Shown here: one piece after another, positions 46,158 to 58,699 of the stretch
Layout: every line of letters begins with the position of its first letter
Position numbering within the stretch: position 1 is the first letter of the stretch
NCBI RefSeq assembly: GCF_038025025.1
Contig: NW_027117344.1
Location: 1-64,000 of the forward strand
Direction of reading: 5' to 3'
DNA: 64,000 nucleotides
From: Phyllosticta citribraziliensis
Taxonomy: Eukaryota
Program-made: the position numbers and the translations under genes
The notes under the pieces: model-generated
Told to the model about the DNA's origin: nothing
What the model saw: the letters and a program-made list of their open reading frames with translations, nothing else
Database searches by the model: none

Positions 46158-48042
46158 CTACTGCTTTTGTTTCTTGACAGGCAGACTGGGTACTTTGAAG
46201 CCATCTTGGTCCTTCTTGCCCTCCGTCTTGGTGCCCGCAATCTGCGTAAACGTTCCGCCGCTGAACCACCTGTCCTCCTCTGCTTTCCTCTTCCTATTCA
46301 TTTCCTCACGCACCTTGGGATCCACCAGCTCCAAGCCTTGCACTGGAGTAAAAGCAATCGTTGAAGCAGTGCCGGCAGTTCCCACTCCGGTTGACCGCAA
46401 GCCATGGCCCTTGAGCACGCTGACGTTGCCGGCCGGACCTCCAGACCCACGGATCGTAGATGCAAGACCACCGACGGGCGTTGCACCTCCCCAGCCCGGA
46501 TTCTTCTTGCTGAGCTTGGCCTTGGTACGTTGGTCGATCTGGGTTGCGCGGATGCGTCCATCGTTGCTCTGACCAATCATGCCCATGCCCTTGGTGCCCT
46601 CGCCGGCACCATAACCCACCTCTGACTCTTCCTTGCCAAAGGCCATGCGGTTCTGCGCCTTGCGGAGCTCAGTCATGGCCACTGCTTCCTTGGCCTTGCG
46701 GACGCGCTTTCCACCACGCTTGCGCGATGGCTTGTCGTCCGGAATGGGAAGAGCACGGACACCCTTGTTTGGCGGAGGTTCAGTGAGCTTGTCCAGACGA
46801 TCGAGACAGTTTTGGCGCAGCTCCTCGCCAGTGGACCCGTCGGGGCTGCTGTGGATGCTGTCCACGCGCGCTGCAAGGACCACCTTGGCCGAGACGATGC
46901 GCATGGCTTGTTTCTTGAGATCTGTAGGGATGTTGCGGATGATGGGCGAGTTGTAGAGAAAGCCCTGGTGTCGAACACCGACATTCGTCGCAAATCCAGT
47001 GCCAGACTGCTTCTTGGATCCAAGCGGTGCCAGATTACACGCAGGTGTCTTGGCGAGACCCTTGATTCCTCCGGCATAATTGATGAGCTGAGCAGCCGTG
47101 AGAGAACCAATCAGCGCCGTCAGATTCGGAGCAAACATGTTCATGCGAGATTGGACATATTCCGTCAGAATCCTCTTGGCCTTGTCCAGCTGAAGCGTCA
47201 TTTCGCAGGCCTTCCTGACCGTGTTGAGCTCCGACTCAGACAGCTCGCGTCCTTGTGTCGTCGTGGCTTCGACAGTAACAACCATCAAAGACGGTCCGTC
47301 CAAAACCTTGCTCAGAGGTTGACCGACAACGTTGTCCGCAGAGTGCGAAATGCTTTTAATGTGATCCATGGGGCCATTACCGATAATGGCCACCGTCTTG
47401 GCATAGTCCAGCGGATTGGTGATGAGCGTCTCCAGTTCCGGAAACCGCACGGAGTAGTGGTCCCGAATGAACTTGTGGACGAGTATTATTTCGCCATCAA
47501 TCGACGTGGAGAGTGTATTCGACTGGGTGAGGAGTTTGTATTCCGGGTTGTCTTCGATCGAGCCGATATTCTTGGTTTGCTTCTCGGGGGGAAGTCCTTG
47601 ATAGTAGGCAATTTTCTGGAGGACCGCTTCGTCAGGACTGTGTCTCATTGGATGTAAACAGGTAGAACAAAACGTCAGCGGGCGTACTAACCTCGAGTAC
47701 TGGCTCCAGCGTCTTCATGAGACCGGCAACGCTTCGAACATCGCTCACCCCACCAAGCTGCATCTTCTCCACCCTGGCTTTTGTTTCCTCCTCATCTTCT
47801 GGTGCATCGCGACCATCGTTTGTGTTGTCGCCATCCATGAGCGCCTGGTCATCTTCAACCTCCTCTTCGTCGCCATCGAGCTCCATTCCTGCCTCGTCTC
47901 CCACGCGCTTGGCAGCGTTTCCATTCTGACCAAGTGGTGAGGCCGCACCATCATCCACCGCAAACTCTTCTTGCTTCTGTTCCTCGTTCTCGTCTCCAGA
48001 GTCCTCAAAGTCGTTCAGAAGCTCGTCGGCGAGCGTGGCCAT
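46158..48042 (-). CDS. PRP31: U4/U6.U5 tri-snRNP splicing factor Prp31, 2 exons
   Basis: MATLADELLNDF; HKFIRDHYSVRFPELETL (NOSIC); Nop domain; SRKRGGKRVRKAKE; FTPVQGLEL; intron 47691-47616. Confidence 0.96.
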
Positions 48043-48336
48043 CGTGCAGTTGGATGTGAAGTGTGACGGGTCGGGTCGTGGAGCTCGAGCGAGTTGCTTG
48101 GTCTGGATTGCAGTTGTAGGTTGGACAGTTGGTTGGGTGTAAAGTTGAAGAAAGTTGGAAAGTTTGGAGGCAGCTGCGGACGGGACTCTGCGCACGGACG
48201 TCATAGCTCGCAACGGTGTTTCTCCGGCAAACTTCCTGGCCGCTGGAGCTCCAACTTTCTCGTCCCCAAACACAACACTTATCAGCTCTTCATCCTCGAT
48301 TCGATACTCTCTCTCTCTCCACGCACATCCGCCGCC

Positions 48337-50402
48337 ATGGAAGCCTCACGCGGCCCTCCCAGGGTCAAGAACAAGCAGGCCGCGCCCATCCAAATCAGCG
48401 CTGAGCAGCTCCTCCGCGAAGCTGTCGATCGCCAGGAGCCATCTTTGCAGGCTCCTACGCAGAGGTTCGCCGACCTCGAAGAGTTGCACGAGTACCAAGG
48501 TCGCAAGCGCAAGGAATTCGAAGACTATGTCCGCCGCAACAGGATTAACATGAACAATTGGATGCGCTATGCGCAGTGGGAACTCGAACAAAAGGAATAC
48601 CGGCGCGCGCGGTCCATTTTTGAAAGAGCTTTGGATGTGGACTCGACCAGGGTCCAGCTATGGACTAGGTACATTGATGCTGAAATCAAAAATCGCAACA
48701 TCAACCACGCGCGCAACCTGCTTGATCGTGCCGTCACCATACTCCCGAGGATCGACAAGCTGTGGTACAAATATGTGTACATGGAGGAGATGATTGGCAA
48801 CATTCCCGGAACGAGACAGGTCTTTGAGCGGTGGATGAGCTGGGAGCCGGATGAGAATGCTTGGAGCGCGTACATCAAGCTGGAAAAGAGATATCAAGAA
48901 TACGAGCGGGCACGGAACATCTTCGCGCGCTTTTGCCAGGTGCATCCTGAACCACGAAACTGGATAAAATGGGCACGATTCGAGGAAGAATTTGGCACCA
49001 GCGACCTGGTTCGGGACGTGTTTGGACAGGCGGTGGAGACTCTGGGCGAGGAGTTCATGGACGAGAAGCTGTTCATGGCTTACGCACGATTCGAGGCGCG
49101 GTTGAAAGAGTTTGAGCGAGCGAGAGCGATTTACAAGTACGCTCTCGACCGCATGCCGCGTTCAAGGTCGATGAACCTCCACAAGGCCTACACTCAGTTT
49201 GAAAAGCAATTCGGAGACCGCGAGGGCGTCGAAGACGTTGTGCTTTCCAAGCGGAGAGTCCAATACGAGGAGGCCATCAAGGAGAATCCCAAGAACTACG
49301 ACAACTGGATCGACTTGGCGCGGCTTGAAGAGTCGGCCGGTGACGTAGAAAAGGTCCGCGACGCCTACGAGAGGGCCATTGCGCAAATCCCGCCATCGCA
49401 AGAAAAGCGCCACTGGCGGCGGTACATTTACCTCTGGGTCTTTTATGCGCTTTGGGAGGAAATGGACAACAAGGACGTCGAAAGGGCACGCCAAATCTAC
49501 AACGAGTGCCTGAAACTCATCCCGCACAAGAAATTCACCTTTGCAAAGGTGTGGCTGCTCAAGGCTCAGTTTGAGATTCGACAAATGAACCTCCCGGCGG
49601 CGCGAAAGACGCTCGGCCAGGCCATTGGCATGTGCCCCAAGGACAAGTTGTTCAAGGGATACATCGAGCTGGAGCTCAAGCTGTTCGAGTTCAACAGGTG
49701 CCGAATGCTGTACGAAAAGCACATTGAGTGGAATCCAAGCAACTCGCAAGCATGGATCAAATTCAGCGAGCTGGAGCGCGGACTCGACGACCTTGACCGC
49801 GCCCGCGCCATCTTCGAACTCGCCGTGGAACAGGAGACGCTCGACATGCCGGAGCTCGTCTGGAAGGCATACATCGACTTTGAGGAAGAGGAAGGGGAGT
49901 ATGAGCGCACGAGGGCGTTGTACGAGCGCCTGCTGCAAAAGACGGACCACGTCAAGGTCTGGATTAGCTACGCCCACTTTGAAATCAACGTGCCAGAAGA
50001 CGAAGACGACGAGGAGGCACCGATCAGTGAGGAGGCCAAGAAGAGGGCGAGAGGCGTCTTCGAGCGTGCACATAACAACATGAAGGAGAAGGGGCTCAAG
50101 GAAGAGGTATGTCCAAATCCCTATGGAGTCTGTTCAGTGCTAACCAATGTACTCAGCGTGTCGCCCTCCTCAATGCATGGAAGTCATTCGAGCAAACGCA
50201 TGGCTCATCCGAGGATCTCAAGCGTGTCGAGGAGCAAATGCCCAAGCGCGTCAAGAAGAGGAGAAGGCTGGAGACTGCAGACGGTGGAATGGAATTCGAA
50301 GAGTACATGGACTACGTCTTCCCGGCCGACAATGCCGGCGAGGCCAAGCTGTCCAAATTGCTGCAGTCTGCGGCGGCGTGGAGAAAAACGGGAGAGAATT
50401 GA
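48337..50402 (+). CDS. CLF1: Crooked-neck/HAT-repeat splicing factor Clf1 (Syf3), 2 exons
   Basis: [20 protein letters not shown]; many HAT repeats ([10 protein letters not shown]); [23 protein letters not shown]; intron 50107-50156. Confidence 0.96.
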
Positions 50403-50644
50403 AGTGGAGCCTGGAGGTAGACTTCTGTCGGATGTTGTTGAAATGGAGGCAGTCAAACAAGTGAAGTGACGAACTGAAGTGATTAGTTTGTTTATCCCGA
50501 GTCTCGACCATTCTGGCCAATAGCGGGGCAGCCGAGGTCCAGCGGGTAGGATTGCCATCGGACCTCCGGCGAGACTTGGGGGACCAAAAGTAGAATCAAC
50601 AACACGACTATCTGAACATTGCGCCGATAATTACGCCCGTACGC

Positions 50645-51687
50645 ATGTCCGTCTTGCGGAATCATCGGCCACGGGTGTGCTCCGCCCTCTCTGCTACTCT
50701 CTTCTCCAACCCGCAGCCTCTCCGACCTCAACACCAGCGCATCTTTTGGCGGAGCAGCCCTCGATTGTTGTCCACCCCACCACGACAAAGACTCCAAAGC
50801 ACAATCGCCCGTGAGCCTCACCCTCTTTTCAGGGGATACGCCACGCTGACAATTGGACCCGCAGAAGCCGCTCACGCAACACCACCGCCGCCGCCCCGCC
50901 GCCGCTCCCTCCTCTCCCGCATCGCCATCTCCCTCGCCGCCGGCACGCTCTGCTTCAGCCTCAGCTTCCTCACCATGGCCGCCGACGCAATCCCCACGGC
51001 CGTCGAAGTCTTCAACCCACCGACAGACGCCGAGACGCTGCAGCTGTGGCAGCCCGACCCCGAGTCGCGAGCCGGGCAACTGGAGGCAGAACTGCAGGCG
51101 CACCCGCTCGTCGCCGCGCTGCGCAAGGACGCCGCGCTGTCGGAGAGCCGGCCGCACATGCGCATCCCCGCGGCGATGCGCGCGAACAATTTCACGGGCG
51201 GCACGCTGCTCAAGGAAGACATGCTGGAGGTGCCGGCGCTCGTCTTCGGCGCGCGCGACGGCAGCCGCATGGTCAGCATTCACTACGTCGGCCGCGCGCT
51301 GTGCGGGCACCCGGGCATCGTGCACGGCGGGCTGCTGTCCACGCTGCTCGACGAGGGTCTTGCCCGCTGCTGCTTCCCTGCGCTGCCGAATCGTATCGCT
51401 GTCACGGCGAGTTTGAATGTCACGTTCAAGGCGCCGTGCTATGCGGACCAGTTTATCGTCCTGAGGGCCGAGACGACGCGGGTGGATGGCCGCAAGGCGT
51501 GGGTCACGGGGCGTTTGGAGACGCTGGTGGATGAGAGTAAGGGCGAGACGCCGCTCGTGCTGGATGAGGCCGAGGCGCTGTTTATCGAGCCCAAGGGCGC
51601 CAAGGTGAGTTGGTCTTTTTTCGTGGCGGTGACGCTGGCTGACTTGATTAGCACATGGCCAAGATATATACCGAGCCCCGGGATTGA
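50645..51687 (+). CDS. Mitochondrial hot-dog-fold acyl-CoA thioesterase (PaaI/THEM4-like), 2 exons
   Basis: Arg/Ser-rich presequence, TM segment, CGHPGIVHGGLLSTLLDEGLA, VTASLNVTFKAP; terminal exon HMAKIYTEPRD*. Confidence 0.88.
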
Positions 51688-52239
51688 GTTTGGCCTGCTG
51701 TTTTCTGATTCCTGTGCATCACTTTGGCGAAATGGATTAGACCTAATCATAGACGGCAAGACAAGATTTTCTTTAGACGTTGGTTGTCGGAAAGGGTCGG
51801 CAGTCTTCAAGAGATTAGAATTCAAGACCTTCTCATTGCTCCTCTTTTGCGCCTGGTTTGGGTTATAAGCCTGTGAGGTCCCCCACTACGCACTCGCTTC
51901 ACTTGCTCCGGAATGAGCAGCTACTCTGACCAAAGCCATGTCGTCATGCATTCTGCTCCTCCAACTTCAAATCGCAAGCACCCAGATTTGCCAAAGGCCA
52001 AAACCCCTCCCAGAGCTCCCCATGCACCCTTTGTGTCGTTCTGCCCTTTTATTGTCCATCCTTGATCGAACGGTGGTATTGTTTTCGTTGGTAGCAAGTA
52101 CTGTTGCTTTGGATGTGATCTTGTCACCCTTGTCTTGAATTAGTCTTCAAACTCTTCGACACTCATATCCAATGTTCGCACTTACTCAGTAGTCATGGGA
52201 GAGAGCCCCTTTGTTGCTTCCCGTCTTTCAACCACAGTA

Positions 52240-52596
52240 TCAGAATTCCCACTGTTCACTTTGGCGGACCTGGTCCTGAGCAAGACGCTGGCCAATGGTG
52301 TTCGCCAGGCTTCTCGCCATGTCCCGAGCGAATTCCGGAAATGTAGGGTCGGTTGCACTGCGCATCAAAGTCTCGACGTCGCGCCGCATCGACACCCGTT
52401 CCGCCGTGGTCAGAAGTCTTGTTGAGAGGAACACGCTCGTAAGGCTTGAAAGCTCCCTGCGCGTCAACGTGGTAGCGTTTGGAGCCTCCGTCGATGTGGC
52501 AGCTCTCGAACCCTGTCTGGGCGGGAGCATCGTAGAGCTCGCAGCCTCCCTGCGCGTGGGAGGATATTCTTGCTGTGCACGTTCCCGTGAAGACAT
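52240..52596 (-). CDS. Possible small orphan protein, 118 aa
   Basis: ACAATG start and helical-looking C-terminal half; no recognisable motif. Confidence 0.35.
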   Translation of the reverse strand: MSSRERAQQEYPPTRREAASSTMLPPRQGSRAATSTEAPNATTLTRRELSSLTSVFLSTRLLTTAERVSMRRDVETLMRSATDPTFPEFARDMARSLANTIGQRLAQDQVRQSEQWEF

Positions 52597-53877
52597 TGTA
52601 TGCAGGAGGCCTTCAAGCTGGATGAGGGGTTGGAGTCAGGGTGGTGAAAAGGTGCGGAGAAGGGGAGGAAAGGTTGCAACGCGTGGGCGAGGTTTTTTCT
52701 ATCTACTACTCTGTGTGGTGGGCGACGGGGAAAGGTGCGCCGTTGTCATTTTCAATTGTGGGCTGCACATTGACATGGCGCATCGATGCTCTTTGAAGAT
52801 TCATGACATGAGTGGTGGAACTTTTCAGAAGATGCCTCTTGCTTGAAATACTGGAAGTGATTTCGAGAGTACGACTTGGTTGGCATCATTTCTTCCGTGG
52901 ACTTCATGCTGCCCTGAAGCCAGGATTCTGAAAATTAGCAACGCCGAGGGTGGGAAGAGGAATTGCCGCTTGTAAATTCGCAGTGTCTTTTGAAACGAAG
53001 AGATATCTAACCTTTTGGCAAGAAAAGGACGTGCAGGTGGATCACTAGAGCATTCCATCTTCGATCCTGGCCACCGCCGCTCTTCGTTTGCCTGAAAAGC
53101 TGCCGTATCTATATCCAAGCAAGAAGTGATGCTTTGCTCTTGACACAGTCAAGTTGGGAAAAGGCAGAGGTGTCACGAAACAAAGAGTTTGCTCGCTCAC
53201 AGTAGCGACCGGCCTGTTGAGAGATTGATTGCCGTCGACGAACATCGACGAGGAGTTCCTCCAGGACAAGATCGAGAAAGCCGAGGATCGCCCAATCCAA
53301 TATTGTCCAAGAAATGCTTGAGCTTCAGCTTGGTCGACCGCAGGCCTTCGAGATTTGCATCGCCCCAGTACAATCTTTCAAGCCATCTGGGCTCCAACAA
53401 GTTTTCCGCGTCGATGGTCTACGGCTGCACAAAGCAATGCCACTCCGCTTTGTCAAGCGCTGCCTGGTTTACAAGTGAATGGCCTTTGACAACTGAAGAC
53501 ATGCTTAGTCAGACAGTTGCGTCATTCCTGCTCCGCAACCTAACTCCAGGCTACGATCAGTTTTGCAGCCATTGCAGGCAGCCCACAATAAACAAAAGGG
53601 GACGCTGGTCCTTCAAGAGACACCGGAATCCCGAGACTCCCCCTTCACTGTCTTTGGATCAACCTCTGGGTGAGCGGGGGATTCTCGGATTCCGGCTTCT
53701 TTCGCATCCTGGGACCCTGGATAGATGCTTTGCATTTCGTCAGAGTTAGGCAATGAAAGCTCAGATCAAGTGTTCGAGAGTCTCTGACGTACCCAGGGCT
53801 CTCTGGTTCTTCTTCAGAGCATTTGCCCAAAATGGACCGCCTCTCCTGATCGTAACACCGACTCGGAGCATTGCAAC

Positions 53878-55016
53878 ATGAGCACCATCTTCGCAATAAA
53901 TTCATACACGCCACCCCAGGTCACGGAGCTTGTCTCCAGGGCCGGGGCCGTCAAGGGTCGCATGAATCCTCATCGCGTCTTTCTCTCATCAGTCAGCGCA
54001 GGATGTCTTCTCTCTTTCGCGAGTGCTTCTTCTCTCATGGCCAATACTTCTCCATGGGTAAGTTTGATTCATCGCATTCCGACTTCTTCGCTGACATTTT
54101 GAAGCTTCAAGAAAATGCACCTGGCGTTGCTCGCATTCTCGGCGGTTTCGTGTTTCCATACGGGTAAGAAAGTTTTGTCAATATTTTTGATTGAATCTAA
54201 CATTTGCAGATTAGTTTTGTGTCTTTTGACCGGAGCTGACCTTTGCACGAGCACGTTCATGGTAAGCAGCATATCCTTCCCTCGCCGGGAGCACTCATCG
54301 AATATTCCAGTTTACCACCGTGGCCACACTGCACCGCCGGCTGCCCGTAGTCCGAATGCTGCTCCATTGGTTCATTTGTTTCTGGGGCAATCTTGCCGGG
54401 GCTCTCTTCATGGTCGCCATCATCTTCGGATATGGCAACGTCTTCGGGACCGACCCGTACAAAGCAGAGGTCATTTCGAACGCCACCATGAGACAAGTAA
54501 CCCCGGACTGGCACATGATTTTCCTGCGCGCCATTGGCTGTGACTGGCTCGTGTGTCTGGGGTGCTTCTTTGGTATGCAAGGCCGCGACTTGGCCAGCAA
54601 GATTGTCGGCATTTGGTGTCCCATCTTTGGCTTCGCCAGCCTCGGACTGGACCATGTAGTAAGTGTCCCCGCAGCCCGTTGCTTCGGAGCTAACATTTCA
54701 GGTCGCAAACATGTTCTTCATTCCAATGGGCATCTGGGTCGGCCATCCAGATATCACCGTTGGACTGTACATTTGGAAAGGCATCATCCCGGCGCTGCTT
54801 GGAAATATCCTTGGCGGCGCGCTATTCTGCGGCGCGTACTACTGGTACACGTACTTGTACGATCAGGAAGAGATGTTGGTGGATGGAGTGCCGTATCAAG
54901 AGCACCGTGACGAGGAGTCGGGTCTTCACAGCAATTCGGACGAGGGAAAGGATACAGATGCGCAGAATGGCTCTATCTTGAGCGACATGCGGCGATTGAG
55001 GGGGACCAGGGCGTGA
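53878..55016 (+). CDS. Formate/nitrite transporter (FNT family), 5 exons
   Basis: FLSSVSAGCLLS, VFPYGLVLCLLTGADLCTS, FWGNLAGALF, RAIGCDWLVCLG, GLDHVVANMFFIP, LLGNILGG. Confidence 0.93.
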
Positions 55017-55179
55017 AACTTGGATCCATAGTATGGGAAGGAGCCGTTTGTAATGTAAAGTCCAGAATTTGTCGTTGGAGTTGTTCCGCTAGTCCCCGCA
55101 TGAGGTGAATGATGTCGTCAGGCAAAGTCGTTGCCGCCTCTCTGCCTCACGTTCGACGTCCTCTCCACAACAACCCAAC

Positions 55180-56067
55180 ATGTCTGTCAAGCGCGCGTAC
55201 TCCCCCGACGCATCCGAACAAGTCTTTCGCTCTTCCTCCATCACCGACCGTCAATCTATCTTCGTCGCACACTTTAGCCCCACGCTCTCTGCGCGCGCGC
55301 TCCAGGCCCATCCGGACTTCAAGTCGGCGACCCATCGCATCGCTGCCTGGCGCCGGCCCTCGACTCAGCGCTCCGTGATTGCTCAATCCCAGCGCATTCT
55401 TGACATTGGCCATGACGATGACGGCGAAAGCTACGCCGGGAAGAAGCTGGAAAAGCTGCTGGACGGGCTGAAAGTGGAAGGGGCCGTATGCGTGGCCAGG
55501 TGGTATGGCGGTATAATGCTAGGACCTGCACGCTTCGACCACATTGAAAACTGCGCTAGACAGGCCATTCACGCGTGGCAAGCTGCTGCGAGCAATTCCG
55601 AGCAGCAAAAGAGGCAAAAGGTGGCCAACACAAAGCTCAAGCAAGAGTTGGAGTGGATGCTGGCGGAGAGGGACCAGAGTATCCAGGTATTGAGGTCTTT
55701 GCTGGCGGAAAAGAGAAGGGCTGCTTCCAAGGATAATGGCACTTCGCAGCCGGCTGCGGCAACGTCTGGCAAGGCCATGGACTATTCCAAGATGCCGGTC
55801 GAGGCGCTCCGGAAGCTGGAAAAGGCTCGAGATGCCACCATTTCGTTCATCCTGAAAGAGATTGACAAAGTCGAGGCTGAGATTTTGGCAAAAGACTCCG
55901 CCGTTGAATCTGGGCCATCGTCCAAGGGCCACGAAAATGCCACAAAAGATGCACCTGCAGATGTCGATTCGACCTTTGATGATTCCCTGCCTGAGGATGC
56001 GTTCATTGAGGCAGCCAAGCTGGCAGAAGAATCGTCTAAAGCACAGGCCGACATTGAAGACTCGTGA
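55180..56067 (+). CDS. IMPACT/YigZ (UPF0029)-domain protein lacking an RWD domain, 295 aa
   Basis: ITDRQSIFVAH, ATHRIAAWR, DDDGESYAG, VARWYGGIMLGPARF; C-terminal coiled coil. Confidence 0.85.
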   Translation: MSVKRAYSPDASEQVFRSSSITDRQSIFVAHFSPTLSARALQAHPDFKSATHRIAAWRRPSTQRSVIAQSQRILDIGHDDDGESYAGKKLEKLLDGLKVEGAVCVARWYGGIMLGPARFDHIENCARQAIHAWQAAASNSEQQKRQKVANTKLKQELEWMLAERDQSIQVLRSLLAEKRRAASKDNGTSQPAAATSGKAMDYSKMPVEALRKLEKARDATISFILKEIDKVEAEILAKDSAVESGPSSKGHENATKDAPADVDSTFDDSLPEDAFIEAAKLAEESSKAQADIEDS

Positions 56068-56506
56068 GCAGGACTGCCTTTGGAAATGTCAAAGGTGAGC
56101 AAGAGATACGTGAGATGGTTGTGACACGTACAGAAGCCAGATTTCGGCCACAACGAGCGTCTTCCTGGACTGCGTGGCAGGGCAGCTTTGTTCTCCACGA
56201 GCCAGGGGCTCACCGATGCTGTCTCCTTGATTGCTGCAGACTTGGTCAATCTTTGGCTTGCTGACGCTCAGGAAAGGTTCCAATACTTTGTTGATTGTTG
56301 AAGACGGCCCAGGCATTAGAGTCGAATGTTGGAGAAGAGCCTTCAAAGGCTGCTCGCCGAGACTTTGTTCGCCGAGGCCTGGTTATCCCCAGTGCGGATG
56401 ATGGTTTTCTTCCACCCTGTCCGTCAACTCAACGAAACCAACTCCACTCTACCACGCAATTCCTCGCACCCCACTTCCAAAGACTCCCTTGATCTCCGAC
56501 TTGACC

Positions 56507-56971
56507 ATGTCGAACCCTGTGGCGGAGACCGCTGAGATGCCTGAGGTGAGCGCAGTTACGGAGATACCGCAGAAGTACTCTTCTAACCGCGAAAAGAACG
56601 AAGTCGTCCGAGAGCGCCACTCAGAGCCCCAGGCTACGGCTGGAGATCTCCACACCAGGATGGAGCGCATGTCGGCCGAGATCAACGATCTCCGCAAGAA
56701 GAACGACGACCTGACAAAGGATTACGAGAAGCTCTGCGACATGCACGACGGCCAGGTCGATACCAACGCCCAACTGGTGGAGCTGATCATCAGGATCGCT
56801 ACCGCAGCCGGCGTACTGCATGTCGACTCCGATGAAGATGAACCAAACGATACTCTCGTCGAAGACTTGAAGGCGACCGCCAATTATACATGCGATGCCA
56901 TCAACTCAATGCGCCTCGAGCTCGAAAGTTTCGATGCCGAGATGGCCGGCCCCGAGCCGCAGGACAACTGA
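56507..56971 (+). CDS. Orphan coiled-coil protein, tandem family member 1
   Basis: RMSAEINDLRKKNDDLTKDYEKL and QLVELIIRIATAAGV motifs shared with neighbours; probable in-frame intron 56546-56596. Confidence 0.65.
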   Translation: MSNPVAETAEMPEVSAVTEIPQKYSSNREKNEVVRERHSEPQATAGDLHTRMERMSAEINDLRKKNDDLTKDYEKLCDMHDGQVDTNAQLVELIIRIATAAGVLHVDSDEDEPNDTLVEDLKATANYTCDAINSMRLELESFDAEMAGPEPQDN

Positions 56972-57617
56972 GTCACAAAATTCGACGAATCGCACCTCAT
57001 AATGCTTTCGATTGCCTGAGGGTATTGTTGAAGATTCGAACACGACCGAGGTGTCTTCGATGGGACGAAAGCTGCTGGATCAGGCAAAGGAGACCAGAGG
57101 TTTACGAGAATTGGACGGCTTCGGGTCAAACAATTGGCCGCACGTTCTCGTGGCATCACCAGGGTTCCATCGGGCAAACGATGAGTGGCTCAATGTGCTC
57201 TTGATCAATCAAACTCTAGCTCTTCTATTTTCTTTGCGGTCTTTCCTTGAAGTGTCTCCTCGCGTTCTGACTGTAGTTCTTTTCCGTCGCCGCAGAACGA
57301 CAAGCATTCTGCCAGCAAACGCATATAATCTGACTTTTTTGACATTTGGTATTTCTCGCTCCAGGCTCGCTTAACCACATGCGCTGCGTCTCAAGCGAGC
57401 CCAGGCGTCGCCGTGGTGTCGTTTGCTGCTGTTGTTTGCCGCTGCCCGATTGGGCTTAGTGCAGGCGGTGCGCCTCCCTCCAGTTAGTCCTCTTTCCCTT
57501 CTGCTCTACGCAACCATTCCCACTCCACCTTCCTCTCTCGCCTGCCCACAATCCCTTCAAATCCTCTACGACAGTCAAGATGTCGGACCCTCAACACGAC
57601 GCGGCCCAGAGCAAGTC

Positions 57618-58199
57618 ATGGATGCTTGCGAAGAGCCAAAGGTGAGCGCATCCATCTTACCTCCGTTTGCCCTGGCTTCGCTGACCACTTCGCGTGAATA
57701 GATGCCTCAAACTTCTGCTGCCGAGCAACCAAAGACTGAAACTGAGGATGTCGAGGCTGAGCTCCGCAAGCTTCGCGCCGACAAGAGGGAGCAAGCGCGG
57801 AAGGTCGGCAAGCTTGAATCCACCGTCGAGGACAAGACCAAGGCGGCCACACTTCTTGCAGAGCACGTTAAACAAGATGTCGAGCGCGACATCTCGCAGC
57901 AGAAGAAGACGATGGAAAGCCTTGCTGCCGCCGGCGACGCTATCGCCAACCTCGCCAAGATCGAGATCGAGCCAATGAAGGCTGGAGCTTTTGTGATTCC
58001 GAAACCCAACTTCGACGAACCCAATTTCATGGGAATGCTCACAGACGCCATGAAAGAGAGAATTTCCGAGCTTGAGTCTCTAATCAAGCAACTGGCGAAA
58101 ACAGCTGGAGTCACGGTTGATGAGAACAAGAAAGAATGGGAATACATGGCAGAGCTCACCCAGCAGGCTGCGGACAACATTCTCCGTATGAAAGAGTAG
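57618..58199 (+). CDS. Orphan coiled-coil protein, tandem family member 2
   Basis: Exon MDACEEPK, intron 57642-57701, then ORF with VEAELRKLRADKREQARKVGKL and ELESLIKQLAKTAGV. Confidence 0.65.
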
Positions 58200-58699
58200 T
58201 TTGGCTACCTGGAGCAAATCTCATCTCTCTACTTCGGCTTTCTCACGAGTTCGTCGGCATCGATCAAGTCCGCTGAGGGCGCAAGAGGTCTCGGGACTAG
58301 AAGGAATGGCTGTCTCTGGAAAGTACATCATGGCGTGGGCCAAATGACTTGCTCAATATCCTCGAATCAAGCTGCTTCCATTAGGGCTACCCTTTGCTCC
58401 TTGTTGTCTCAAGTGTCAGATTACTCTAGGTCACCGCACCCCCAACAAGCACATTCAACCTGGCTCACTTTTCCCTGAAGCACTTGGAATCACCAAGACT
58501 GCCTGGAAAGGAGGCTTCGCTGGCCGTGTCGTTTGCTCCTGCTGATTTTCACTACTTCACGCTCCTGATTGGGACTTGAGCAGGTACTGCCCTCCTCCCC
58601 TTCTAGCCCTCTTTGTTCGACTTAATCTTCCTCACTCCACCACCACGTACAACAAATTGTCGCCCATTCTTAGTTTCTTCCTTCGCCACGAGATTTAAG

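Noticed and set aside
48094..48336. N-terminal extensions of CLF1 and PRP31 shown in the ORF track
   Set aside because: They start at non-ATG codons; conserved protein starts match the ATGs at 48337 and 48042
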